DNA from: an uncultured cyanobacterium | GTDB taxonomy: Bacteria; Cyanobacteriota; Cyanobacteriia; Cyanobacteriales; CAWUOF01 | Assembly: GCA_963744145.1 (NCBI GenBank) | Contig: CAVUSO010000001.1 | Span: forward strand, 1,088,001-1,152,000 | Reading direction: 5' to 3' | Length of the DNA: 64,000 nt | In this document: positions 30,951-41,600 of the stretch, in pieces | Layout of the letters: every line of letters begins with the position of its first letter | How positions within the stretch are numbered: position 1 is the first letter of the stretch | Notes under the pieces: model-generated | Told to the model about the DNA's origin: nothing | The model's input: only the letters and a program-made list of their open reading frames with translations | Databases searched by the model: none | Made by a program: the position numbers and the translations under genes

Positions 30951-31244
30951 TTAAGCTAATAAGTAATTTTTCACATAATCCCATTGTTCATTTAAATAAT
31001 ATTCTTTAATAATATCTCGCAATTCCACCGCAAATACCAATTCATCATCCGTAGGATCAGCAGACCCTGATCCTTCTGGTTGAGATTCAGATAACCAAGC
31101 AACTTGCTTCATCGATTGGATTGAATCGAGAACGCCTACAATACAGTGATGCTTATATACCCAATCTACTAGATCAGGAACCACTGCCGCATCAGTTCGA
31201 TGATTGGCTATTTCTTCAGAAAGCGCATTAGTAGGGGTTTGCAT
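30951..31244 (-). CDS. Hypothetical protein (97 aa)
   Basis: ATG-started ORF filling the gap; no recognised motif. Confidence 0.6.
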   Translation of the reverse strand: MQTPTNALSEEIANHRTDAAVVPDLVDWVYKHHCIVGVLDSIQSMKQVAWLSESQPEGSGSADPTDDELVFAVELRDIIKEYYLNEQWDYVKNYLLA

Positions 31245-31365
31245 GGTTAATTTAAACAGGCACTCCAGCCCACGTATTTAATTCAGATTACTTATTCTCC
31301 TTCATTATTGCCTTAGATGCGGTGATGCTGTTATCCACATTTATGTGACAACAAAGGTCATTAAC

Positions 31366-31381
31366 TGTGATATAAATCACT
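31366..31381. promoter_or_regulatory. CRP-family box
   Basis: TGTGA-tataaa-TCACT, about 120 bp upstream of the 30951-31244 gene. Confidence 0.5.
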
Positions 31382-31487
31382 TACTAGGTGATTTTTAGAT
31401 CCTTTAGGTGCTATCTTAACATAAATGAAAAGATTAGAGATCAAATAAATTAGAGATGGCTAATGGCTAATGGCCATTAGCCATGAT

Positions 31488-32301
31488 CTAAAATCTCAAG
31501 TCCCTCTGGCCATTGACAGCCGTGCGCTGACCGTTTCTTCTTTCTCCATCTAACATCCTGGGTATCGATGGCTGTCGGCGATCGCTAGAGTTATCTGTCC
31601 CGCCAGGACCGGCTGCCAAAACTTCTAGATTAAATCGATAGCCAACATTACGGACTGTTTGAATCAGACTGGGCTGTCGCGGATCGACTTCAATTTTTTT
31701 GCGGAGGGATAAAACGTGAGTATCGATAGTACGCGGGTTATCAATGGCATCTGGCCAAGCTCGTTGGAGTAATTCAGAACGAGTCAAAGCCATACCTCCC
31801 GCTTGGGCTAAAACATAGATCAAGCTGAACTCTTGGGGAGTCAGATCAATAAATTCATCTTTGAACCGAACCCGACGTTGAACCAGATCAATTTTTAGAT
31901 CGCCATAATCTAAAGATACTGGTGGCGTGATCGTGCGGTGGCGACGCAATAGAGCCTCAACACGGGCTAAGAACTCTTGCATCCCAAAGGGTTTGGTTAA
32001 ATAATCATCTGCCCCAGCTTTCAACCCGATGACAATATCCGATTCAGCATTACGAGCAGACAACATCAAAATTAGCGAGATTTGCTGGTGGTGCAGCCAT
32101 CTACAAAACTCAACCCCATCGCCATCGGGTAAGTCTGAGTCCAGGATGATTAAGGTCGGCTGACGTTCGATGAAAAACATCCCTGGCGTGATAGATGTCT
32201 GCGGATTGATAGACCCCATAGCCGACTTGCTGTAGATGCCAACCTAGCAGCGATCGCAGGTGGGGGTTAGCTTCGACAATTTGAATACAAACAGAACCCA
32301 C
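31488..32301 (-). CDS. nrrA: Nitrogen-regulated OmpR-family response regulator NrrA; split by one extra base at about 32175
   Basis: MGSVCIQIVEANPHLRSLLGWHLQQ joins IERQPTLIILD if the A5 run at 32173-32177 is A4; NPRTIDTHVLSLRKK; NtcA promoter upstream. Confidence 0.85.
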
Positions 32302-32334
32302 GGGATGATACTTTCCTTTGCGTTCTTGGTTTCC

Positions 32335-32376
32335 AGGTTAACAGAGGGTTTGTCATGGTTTTGTAACCATCGCTAC
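32335..32376 (-). promoter_or_regulatory. Canonical class II NtcA-activated promoter
   Basis: Minus strand GTA-gcgatggt-TAC, exactly 22 nt, TAACCT. Confidence 0.88.
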
Positions 32377-32853
32377 CCAGCTCTCACCAAATTGAAAATT
32401 GGCGGTGAAAATTGAGGAAGATTAGGTAAAATTTCCTCTTTTGCTCGCTAAAGTGGGTAGAAGCCTGTCGAAGTTAGGATTAGAATGAAATTAACAACTA
32501 TCTGTAATTTGACTAAATGGTTAAACAAAAATGAAGTTAACAGGTGTCTGGTTTTAGGTTTGAGGTCTGAGCCAAAAAAGAAAACCATCCTGACAACTCC
32601 CCACCGCAAAATTTCTGGCATAGCTGAGTTCGTAAAATTCTGACAGAGTTATGTATCTGGTAGTAAGGTTGATCCACAGCGTCTAGTTTTACTTGAAAAT
32701 ATTTCGATCGCCAATCTAGTCAATTCCTCTAGTTAACTTGGGCATCCTAAATAGAGATCAGACTAATCACAAACATGATAATTTCCCAACTTTGGGTTCA
32801 CCCTCTCTCAATCTCTCTTGCCTTTTTCATGCAAAACTCAAACGACAAAAACT

Positions 32854-33102
32854 ATGCTTCAGCACACCCAATCCATCCGCTACTACCAAAGAATTACCGA
32901 CGCTTTCGTCGAGATGTGGAATCGAGGTTATCGTTTTGATGACTTACGCATCTATTTAGATGGTTATATAGCAGCTTTGCGTCATAGTAGCGCGATCGAA
33001 CCTTATCATATCCATCGTCTAGAAGAAGAGGCTACTCGCTACCTCAATGATATTTCCAATTTCCAAGTACCAGAGCCAGAGCCAGAGTCCGATTATCGTT
33101 AA
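32854..33102 (+). CDS. DUF6761 family cyanobacterial protein
   Basis: MLQ...IRYYQRITDA.VE.WNRGYR..DLR.YLDGY; divergent from nrrA. Confidence 0.78.
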   Translation: MLQHTQSIRYYQRITDAFVEMWNRGYRFDDLRIYLDGYIAALRHSSAIEPYHIHRLEEEATRYLNDISNFQVPEPEPESDYR

Positions 33103-33180
33103 ACCAATATGATATTCTATAAACATTACACTACTTAATTCCGCATCTCGACTGGCTCCGGATGCAATTACTAATTAATC

Positions 33181-33235
33181 AAAAACGCAAAGATAGCACC
33201 AGAATCACCAAAATTTCTGTTTTCTTTGCGTTTTT
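33181..33235. terminator. Probable bidirectional terminator
   Basis: AAAAACGCAAAGA...TCTTTGCGTTTTT between convergent genes. Confidence 0.55.
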
Positions 33236-33253
33236 AACCTTTAGACAATCTTT

Positions 33254-33583
33254 TTAAGAAGCTAGGGTAACAGTTAACATTTCCTGTAACTCACCTTTGT
33301 GGTAAAGTTCAGCCACAATATCTGAACCGCCAATAAACTCCCCATTAACATATACTTGGGGAATAGTTGGCCAATTAGAATATTCCTTAATCCCTTGACG
33401 GATCTCTGGATCACTAAGAACATCAAAAGTCTCGTAGGGAACTCCTAATATATTCAGAATCTGAATCACATTGTTGGAAAAGCCGCACTGGGGCATCAGC
33501 TTGTTTCCCTTCATAAAGACCATAACTTTATGCTTTTTAATCAAATCGGCAATGCGCTCTTTTACTGGTGTGTTTGTAGTCAT
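33254..33583 (-). CDS. grxD: Monothiol glutaredoxin (CGFS)
   Basis: FMKG...[18 protein letters not shown]. Confidence 0.95.
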   Translation of the reverse strand: MTTNTPVKERIADLIKKHKVMVFMKGNKLMPQCGFSNNVIQILNILGVPYETFDVLSDPEIRQGIKEYSNWPTIPQVYVNGEFIGGSDIVAELYHKGELQEMLTVTLAS

Positions 33584-33646
33584 GGTTTTAGAATAGATTA
33601 ACTTGTTGGTTGTGGTCAAAGCTGCAAAAACGCGATCGGTTACTAG

Positions 33647-33916
33647 CTAGCGAGGGGAAGTCACTTTACTAGCAGTTTCCCACTCGGTGGGAGTATAGGT
33701 ATTTAATGCTAAAGCATGAATGGCTTCTGTTGCCATTTCTACCTTGAGGGCACCATAAACCATCTGGTGCTGTTGTACTCGTCTTTTTCCTTCAAACTCG
33801 ACAGAAACCACAGTTGCTTGATAGTGGTCACCACCACCGGTCAAATCCTGAACATGAACTATCGCATCAGGCAATTGTGCCTTAATCATGGCTTCCACCC
33901 GATCTGGACTAATCAT
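33647..33916 (-). CDS. bolA: BolA family protein
   Basis: [22 protein letters not shown]; adjacent to grxD. Confidence 0.92.
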   Translation of the reverse strand: MISPDRVEAMIKAQLPDAIVHVQDLTGGGDHYQATVVSVEFEGKRRVQQHQMVYGALKVEMATEAIHALALNTYTPTEWETASKVTSPR

Positions 33917-34012
33917 TGAACTCCCTTGGCACCGCAATGTTCCATGGACGATTCTAGCATAAATGCTTGGATTACTTTTGTTGGTCAAGCAGGATACAGG
34001 ATGACTAGGAGT

Positions 34013-34687
34013 TTATGGTGGGGAAGTTGGGGTAGTGGATGGTTGGGGAGTTGGGGTATTTGATGAAGGATTTGATTGACCATCAACGGAGCGGGGGTAA
34101 GGAGAATCAACAAATCCCAATTCAAATAGCTGCTGATAAGCTTTTTTGCCCAAATCCCGAGTCGGATTTTGGGAATCAATAATCTGAAGTAATAGTGGTA
34201 CAGCTAATTCTGGTTGATTTTGAGCTCGATGTACTAATGCTAGCTGGTAAGTAGTTTCATCCCGCATTTGAGCTGTTTCGAGAGCTTTCTGACGTAGTCC
34301 ATCAGAAATTCGGTTATCAATCCCAGTAAAGTTGCCCGCTAATTGTTGGTAAAATTTAGAAAGTTGATTGAAAACTTGACGAGCTTCCTGGAATTTTTTG
34401 GTAGCTAGTTCATAATTTTGAGCCGAAATAGCATCAGTAGCTTCATTAATTAGTCTTTTTCCGCCCGGTATACTCAGTAAACTACTGTCCTGAGAGAGAG
34501 GACGGAGTGTGGCTGGGTCGATTCGTTGTCCGTCCTGATGGGGTGTAATCAAATTAGGGGGACTATTTGGCGTTGTGGGACTCCCATTGTCAGCTTGAGC
34601 AGGTAGTAGCAGAGCAAAAACTGTTATAGCTGATAGGGAAAGAACACCCGTAAAATGGAAAAAACGAAAATTTGCAGAAGATAGCAT
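34013..34687 (-). CDS. Conserved exported cyanobacterial helical protein
   Basis: Signal-like N-terminus; YQLALVHRAQNQPELAVPLL, LG.KAYQQL.ELGF; start uncertain. Confidence 0.75.
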   Translation of the reverse strand: MLSSANFRFFHFTGVLSLSAITVFALLLPAQADNGSPTTPNSPPNLITPHQDGQRIDPATLRPLSQDSSLLSIPGGKRLINEATDAISAQNYELATKKFQEARQVFNQLSKFYQQLAGNFTGIDNRISDGLRQKALETAQMRDETTYQLALVHRAQNQPELAVPLLLQIIDSQNPTRDLGKKAYQQLFELGFVDSPYPRSVDGQSNPSSNTPTPQPSTTPTSPP

Positions 34688-34785
34688 GGATTGATTTTGT
34701 GGGTTTGCACCAAACAGGACGGAGTTCAACTGCGGGTATCTTAGCACTTGTTTAAATTTATTACTAATGGCCATTAAAATTGCTG

Positions 34786-36948
34786 ATGAATAATCAATCA
34801 TCCTTAAGAAATACGTTATCTAATTCTGCTGACAATAATTTTCCAGAGGTAGGAGTATTAGCCGAAAATATTGGTCTGATTCTCCAGCGCGGTGGTGAAG
34901 AGTTAGTTTTGTTGAAGATGAATGATCGTTTGAGTGTTTGTCCGGCGATCGCCCTGACCAGACCAGATCCCCGGAAAGTTCCCTGGGTTAAACAAGTTGC
35001 AGTTACCTACTGTCGCACCTTAACTCCAGCTAACCTAGATGAATATACTGTTGCTCCCGATCTACTCGCATCAGCAATGCAGATCGCTCGTGCTAGTATT
35101 GATGTCAATGCAGTTAGTCATGTTTATCAGATCAAAAATAATCCAGGTACTTTGATTTATCTTAGTAATCAAATTACGGTTCAATTTGGTCAAGATTTAG
35201 ATAGTGCAGCAATTGACGCGATCGCCACAGAAACCCAAATAATTAAAGTTAAGCCTATTCCTAATATCCCCAACACCTTTGTCTTTACTCTGAGTTCTCA
35301 ATCCAGAGAAAACCCAGTCAAAATTACTAACCGACTGATCAAACTTCCGGAAGTGCTAACCGCAGAACCTAATATTGTGATCGATACCCAATCCTATTAT
35401 TGTCCTCGCGCTCCTCTTTATCCCAAACAGTGGTATCTCTATAATAATGGTGGTAATGATCTGGCTGATGGTTCTCATATTGCGGCTGAATCAGCATGGG
35501 ATATTACCCGTGGAGTACGTTCGATTGTAATTGCGATCGCTGATCATTCTGTTGATCTCAAGCACCCAGATTTTCAAGGATTAGGCAAAATTGTCGCTCC
35601 CCTAAATTTAACAGCACCAGACTTTTTATCAATTCCACCAAATAGTGAAGATCACCATGGGACTTCTTGTGCTGGGGTCGCGATCGCCGAAGAAAATGGG
35701 ATGGGAGTGGTGGGCGTGGCCCCAGGTTGTGCCCTAATGCCCATCCAAACTACAGGTTTTTTAGATGATGAATCAATTGAGCAAATCTTTAATTGGGCGA
35801 TCGAGCAAGGAGCCTCAGTCATCTCCTGTAGCTGGGGACCAAGTGCAATTTATTTTCCCCTATCTTTACGACAAAGTGCTGCAATTACCCGTGCTGCTAC
35901 AGCAGGACGTAATGGTAAAGGTTGTGTAATTGTTTTTGCTGCTGGTAATGCTAATCGTCCGATTAATGACATCGTGAATGAACAGGGCTGGCCCAAAGAT
36001 GGGATCAGCGGACCAACCAAATGGTTAGGAGGTTTTACAACTCATCCTGATGTGATTACAGTTTCTGCTAGTACCAGTCAAAATAAAAAAGCTGCTTATA
36101 GTAATTGGGGGAATGGAATTTCCGTTTGTGCCCCTAGTAATAATGCACCACCAGGAATATGGTTACAACAAACAGGGTATGTGATGACAGCACCCGAACT
36201 GCAAACACCAATTAATGGTGAAGGAGTATTTACAACTGATCGACTTGGCGCTGCGGGATATAATCCAAGTGACTTCACCAGCGATTTTGGTGGTACTTCT
36301 AGTGCTACTCCGATTGTAGCTGGGGTAGCTGGTTTGATTTTATCAGTTAATCCGGATTTAACTGCGGCAGAAGTTAAGCAAATTTTACAACAGAGTGCAG
36401 ATAAAATTATTGATAATAATATCGATCCTCAGCTCGGTTTCCAAATGGGGAATTATAATGCTAATGGTTATTCCCAATGGTTTGGCTATGGTAAAGTAAA
36501 TGCTTTTAAAGCCTTACAATTAGCACAAAGACGACTACCTACTCCTGTAGCAATTACCCGACAAATTCAAGGAAAAAATAATCAGGCTCAAGCAATACCT
36601 GATTGTGAACCGCAAACAACCCGCGATCGCCCAGGATTAATTAGCAGTATTAACCTGAACGATGCTGGTTTAGTAAGAGATATTCAAGTTACTGTCAAGA
36701 TCGAACATAGTTTTTTAGGAGATTTGGAAATAAATTTAATTGCCCCTGATCAGCAAATTGTCCTGTTACAAAGTCGCACACTGGGACGGACTACTCAACT
36801 CGAAGCAACCTATTCACTTCAAACCAATCCTGCTTTGAGACAGTTTCTGAACTTACCCGTTCAAGGAACTTGGCAATTGTGGATAATCGATCAAGCAGTT
36901 GGAGATACAGGAATACTAAAAAACTGGCAATTAACATTAGGAATTTAA
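34786..36948 (+). CDS. S8 subtilase (kexin-like) with C-terminal P-domain
   Basis: IAIAD, HGTSCAG, FAAGN, GGTSSATP; GTWQL.I.D...GDTG.L..W.L. Confidence 0.92.
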   Translation: MNNQSSLRNTLSNSADNNFPEVGVLAENIGLILQRGGEELVLLKMNDRLSVCPAIALTRPDPRKVPWVKQVAVTYCRTLTPANLDEYTVAPDLLASAMQIARASIDVNAVSHVYQIKNNPGTLIYLSNQITVQFGQDLDSAAIDAIATETQIIKVKPIPNIPNTFVFTLSSQSRENPVKITNRLIKLPEVLTAEPNIVIDTQSYYCPRAPLYPKQWYLYNNGGNDLADGSHIAAESAWDITRGVRSIVIAIADHSVDLKHPDFQGLGKIVAPLNLTAPDFLSIPPNSEDHHGTSCAGVAIAEENGMGVVGVAPGCALMPIQTTGFLDDESIEQIFNWAIEQGASVISCSWGPSAIYFPLSLRQSAAITRAATAGRNGKGCVIVFAAGNANRPINDIVNEQGWPKDGISGPTKWLGGFTTHPDVITVSASTSQNKKAAYSNWGNGISVCAPSNNAPPGIWLQQTGYVMTAPELQTPINGEGVFTTDRLGAAGYNPSDFTSDFGGTSSATPIVAGVAGLILSVNPDLTAAEVKQILQQSADKIIDNNIDPQLGFQMGNYNANGYSQWFGYGKVNAFKALQLAQRRLPTPVAITRQIQGKNNQAQAIPDCEPQTTRDRPGLISSINLNDAGLVRDIQVTVKIEHSFLGDLEINLIAPDQQIVLLQSRTLGRTTQLEATYSLQTNPALRQFLNLPVQGTWQLWIIDQAVGDTGILKNWQLTLGI

Positions 36949-37226
36949 TCTTAGGTATGTAGTTGCGATCAGAGCGCTCTGATCGCAACTAAAAATATCC
37001 AACTGCGATCGCAATTCCTAAACCCCATTAGTGCATTAATTAAAGAATGGCTGGATAGTGAGCGATCGGAAACTTGCTATTTACATCAGAAATATTTTAA
37101 TTTTTATTACTCGCGATCGCCATGAAAAATAAGCAATCTCGTCTACCAGATGATGAACCTTTTATTGTTTAGCTTTGATCTGTTAAACTTGAGAGTAAAT
37201 TGGTATCAGCTTAATCTTTTTTACCT

Positions 37227-38066
37227 ATGCCATACAGTCTGGTTCTGAACTTAATAACCAAATCTCCTATTCCCCTCCAATTTCTTAGTGGTAGACACCT
37301 CTATGCACTCTTTCTCACATTAGTTAGTGCGGTTGATCAAGAATTAGGCGATCGCCTCCATGATCAAACTACTGAAAAAGCTTTCACATTGAGTCCATTA
37401 CAAACGATCGAAAAAAATTATTTCTATGGCAATTCTTCCTTAGAATGGCAATATCTCAATGCGATTCAACCTGGAACTAGGTGTTGGTGGCGTATTTCTC
37501 TCCTTGATGACTCTTTATTTGGTCGTTTATCTCAATTGTGGCTGAATCTTAAACCAGATCAACCCTGGCATTTAGGACCTGCTGATTTATATATTACTAG
37601 CATTCTTGGTACACCTCAATCTACTCAACCCTGGGCAAATTTTTGTAACTATTCCACTCTCTATGAAGAAGCTTCTGATACTGAATGTCAAATCGCTTTT
37701 AGTTTTTGTACCCCTACTAATTTTCGTCAAGGCAATTATGATACCTCCCTACCCACGCGAGAATGTGTATTTAATAGTCTCTTGAATCGCTGGAATAAAT
37801 ATAGTGGAATTGAATTCTCAAATGATTTTTTAGAAGTGATATTCCCTAGTTTTTTCAATATTCGGACTGAAATAGTCATTGATTCTCGGAGTAAATTTAT
37901 TGGCTTTATTGGTGATATTAATTATCGTATTTTGAAAGATGTTGATCCTTTGATAATTAAACAAGTCAATACTTTAGCAGATTTTGCTTTATATGCTGGA
38001 GTTGGCAGAAAAACACCAATGGGTATGGGGATGGTACGTCGATTACATTTACACAAAAAAAACTGA
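37227..38066 (+). CDS. cas6: CRISPR endoribonuclease Cas6 (cyanobacterial I-D type)
   Basis: MPYSLVLNL, GRHLYALFL, KAFTLSPLQ, WWRISLLDD, TPTNFRQG, G-loop GVGRKTPMGMG. Confidence 0.92.
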   Translation: MPYSLVLNLITKSPIPLQFLSGRHLYALFLTLVSAVDQELGDRLHDQTTEKAFTLSPLQTIEKNYFYGNSSLEWQYLNAIQPGTRCWWRISLLDDSLFGRLSQLWLNLKPDQPWHLGPADLYITSILGTPQSTQPWANFCNYSTLYEEASDTECQIAFSFCTPTNFRQGNYDTSLPTRECVFNSLLNRWNKYSGIEFSNDFLEVIFPSFFNIRTEIVIDSRSKFIGFIGDINYRILKDVDPLIIKQVNTLADFALYAGVGRKTPMGMGMVRRLHLHKKN

Positions 38067-38074
38067 GGAATTCT

Positions 38075-38341
38075 ATGAATGACAATGATTATATTCCCAT
38101 TGCAGCTTTAAACCAATATTCTTACTGTTCCCATCGATTTTGGCGAATGCGACAATTAGTTGAGATTTCATCCCAGTTACATCAGCAAGCAATTTCGATC
38201 ATTAAAATTATTGAGAATTTACTTTTAACTGGGGTAATTCCCAAACCAGTTTATCGTCAGCGTTGTTCTGGTTGTAGTCTCTATTCTCAATGTTTACCCC
38301 AAGCTACTGCTAAAGTCGCCAAGTATCACGAAGTTAGTTAA
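38075..38341 (+). pseudogene. cas4: cas4 with large in-frame internal deletion (88 aa)
   Basis: Cas4 N-terminus IAALNQYSYCSHR.WRM fused directly to C-terminus RQLVEI...RCSGCSLYSQCLP; RecB-like nuclease motifs absent. Confidence 0.85.
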
Positions 38342-38361
38342 TTTAATCAGGAGGATTAATT

Positions 38362-38415
38362 ATGGGAACTGTTTATATTACCCTCTTAACTGAATGGATT
38401 TTAAGCTCTAGTTGA
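38362..38415 (+). pseudogene. cas1: cas1 5' stub (7 codons, then unrelated sequence)
   Basis: AGGAGG RBS then MGTVYIT, matching the usual start of cyanobacterial I-D Cas1 at the expected position after cas4. Confidence 0.65.
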
Positions 38416-38433
38416 TCTGTTGGCTACATAGAT

Positions 38434-38547
38434 GTGAGGGCAAAGCATTTCGGTCATAATTTTCTGCGTTGAACCGATCGCGGATCTGCCGAAATGCTCT
38501 CTGCCCCTACAAATCCGGACAAAACTTGCCCTGAGCCTGTCGAAGGG
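38434..38547. repeat. REP doublet plus micro-repeat at the former cas1/cas2 position
   Basis: gggcaaagcatttcgg...ccgaaatgctctctgcccctac; cttgccctgagcctgtcgaaggg at 38525-38547. Confidence 0.7.
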
Positions 38548-38653
38548 TTCTGTTGATTTTCTTTTCTATTTGCGATCGCGCAATCTTCTGTAATGCTAAT
38601 TGATGAAATTGGTATAAATAACCTGATTTATTGACAAAATCAGGCTATTTATT

Positions 38654-41600
38654 TTAAGCACCAACAGCGATTTTTTCGGCAATACTTACATTGGGATTTA
38701 CTTCAGGAGTATCTACCTCAGAAGGAGGTACTACTTGATAAAACTTGGGTAAATATTCGCTCCAATTAGCTAAAATTGTTTGAGCTTTTTGACTACCAGT
38801 ACGTTCAACATGAGCGGAAATTAACTCTTGTAATTGTTTTTGTCCTACAGGAGCAATCACCCGCTGAATTTTCACAATTTCCTGGTTAACATGAGCAGCA
38901 AAATTACCATCTTCATCCAGAAAATAAGCTAAACCACCAGTCATTCCTGCACCAACATTCCGTCCGACTTTACCTAAGACTACGATCGTCCCACCAGTCA
39001 TATATTCACAACAGTGATCTCCTGCACCTTCAATGACAGCTACACTATTGGAATTACGAACTGCAAATCGTTCTCCTGCTTGACCATTCACAAATAGACT
39101 ACCACCTGTCGCTCCATACAGACAAGTATTACCAACAATGACATTGCGAGCAGGATCAAAAGTAGCATCACCAGAAGCTTTAATAATAATTTCTCCACCG
39201 TGCATTCCTTTACCCACATAATCATTAGCTTCACCCACTAAGATTAAAGTCATTCCTGGTAAATTAAAAGCACCAAAGCTTTGTCCCGCACTACCAGTAA
39301 AATTGAGGGTAATTTGTCCGGTAAAACCACTATTACCATATTCTTTAGCGATCGCACCGGCTAAACGAGCTCCCACTGTCCGATCGGTATTGATTACAGT
39401 CATCGACTTAGTGACCGTTGATTGCTGATGAATTGCGGTGGTAATTTCTGGATCTTGGAGTAATTGATCATCTAAAACTGGACCATTACTATGAACTGAC
39501 TCATGTTGTAACCAAGACCGATCAACCGAAGTATCAGGTAACTTAGTAATTGCATCCAGATTTAAGGTCTGACTCTTAGTTAACTGCACATTATTTCGGA
39601 CTGTCAATAAATCAGCCCGACCAATAATTTCAGACAGGGAACGATAACCTAAATGAGCTAAAATTGAACGTATTTCTTCAGCGACAAAATAGAAGAAGTT
39701 CACGACATGAGCAGGTGTACCGGGGAAACGTTTCCGGAGATGTTCTTGCTGAGAAGCTACTCCTACTGGACAGTTATTAGTATGACAAATTCGAGCCATG
39801 ATGCAACCTTCTGCAATCATTGCGATCGAACCAAAACCATATTCTTCTCCACCCATGAGGGCTCCCATCACCACATCCCAACCAGTTTTAAATCCACCAT
39901 CAACCCGTAATAACACGCGATCGCGCAAGTTATTTTCCATTAAAACTCGATGAACTTCTGTTAATCCTAATTCCCAAGGAGAACCAGCGTGTTTAATGGA
40001 AGATAGGGGAGAAGCACCAGTACCACCATCATGTCCAGAAATTTGGATAATATCAGCATTAGCTTTTGCGACTCCTGCTGCAATTGTCCCAATTCCAACT
40101 TCTGCTACTAATTTTACTGATACTCCAGCATTCGGATTAATTTGGTGTAAATCAAAGATTAACTGAGCTAAATCTTCGATCGAATAAATATCGTGATGGG
40201 GAGGTGGAGAAATTAAAGTTACTCCTGGTTTAGAACGACGTAACATGGCAATATAAGGACTTACCTTTGTTCCTGGTAACTGTCCTCCTTCTCCTGGTTT
40301 AGCACCTTGAGCCATTTTGATTTCTACTTGTCCAGCATTGATCAAATATTCTGGGGTAACACCAAAACGACCCGAAGCTACCTGTTTAATGACTGAGCTA
40401 GCTGTATCTCCATTTTGCAATCCTTTCAGATGGGGGAATTGGGGAGAATTTCCCGACTCATCCACATCATCGAGCACACCATAACGAATTGGATCTTCTC
40501 CTCCTTCTCCTGAATTAGATTTACCACCAATCCGGTTCATCGCGATCGCTAAATTTTCGTGAGCTTCTCGTGACAAAGCACCGAGCGACATTCCTCCCGT
40601 ACAAAAACGTTTCATTATTTCTGCAACTGGTTCTACTGATGAGATCGGAATAGAGGTGCGATCGCTAGCAAAATCTAGCAAGTCACGTAAAGCAGTAACC
40701 GGACGCTCCATCAAATATTTTTGGTAGAGATGATAATAGTCAAACCCATTTTTTTCATCTCCTTCCCCAACTTCATCACCATTATTATCTTTAACCGATT
40801 CTATCTTCAAAATAGCAACAGCTTTATGAAGTGCTTTAGCCATTTCTGGACTATTCATGTGGTATTCACCACCAGGACGATACTGGACAAAACCAAAGTT
40901 TTCCAGTTTTTTATTGGTAAGTTCTGGATAAGCACGACTATGGAAAGACATCACTTCCTGAGCTAATTCATGCACCGTAATTCCCCCAATTCGGGAAGCA
41001 GTTCCATAAAATCCTAGTGCTAATAAATCTGCTCCAATTCCGATCGCTTCAAAAATCTGCGCTCCTTGATAACTAGACAACAAAGAAATTCCCATTTTCG
41101 AGAGAATCTTTAGCAATCCATCTTCGATCGCTTTGCGATATTTAGCTTGAACAACAGTCATAGTCATGGTGGGGATTTTCCCACGTTGCATATTCATTTG
41201 GGTTTTAGAATTCTTCCACCAATGACGAACAATTTCCCAAGCTAAATAAGGACAGACTGCACTAGCACCATAACCGATCAAACAGGCAAAATGGTGAGTA
41301 TTCCAACATTGGGCTGTATCGACAACCAGAGAAGCTTTCATCCGCAATCCTTCTCGGATCAGATGGTGGTGAACTGCACCTACTGCTAAGAGAGGAGGAA
41401 TATAAGTATATTCAGAATCAATACTTTTTCCCTCCGCGCGATCGCTTAAAATGATGATCGTTTTCCCAGCTTTGACTGCGTCATCAACTGCTTGACATAA
41501 TTCAATTACTGCTGATTCTAAACCATCCGGTCCACTCCCAATAGCGACCAGAGTGGATAAGGTTGCACTATTCTGGTGATCACTCTGAGTAATAGTTGCG

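Noticed and set aside
31331..31339. Perfect DnaA box TTATCCACA
   Set aside because: Isolated; no box cluster or dnaA/dnaN context, so not called oriC.
31455..31485. Short heptamer repeats (gctaatg / cattagc)
   Set aside because: Only 2-3 units of an ordinary STRR-like motif.
37020..37190. Peptide-like fragments upstream of cas6 (ISALIKEWLDSE; LPDDEPFIVLAL)
   Set aside because: Too short and interrupted to assign to a cas or PIN-domain remnant.
38341..38654. CRISPR array expected after the cas genes
   Set aside because: No regularly spaced repeats; only REP and MITE fragments.
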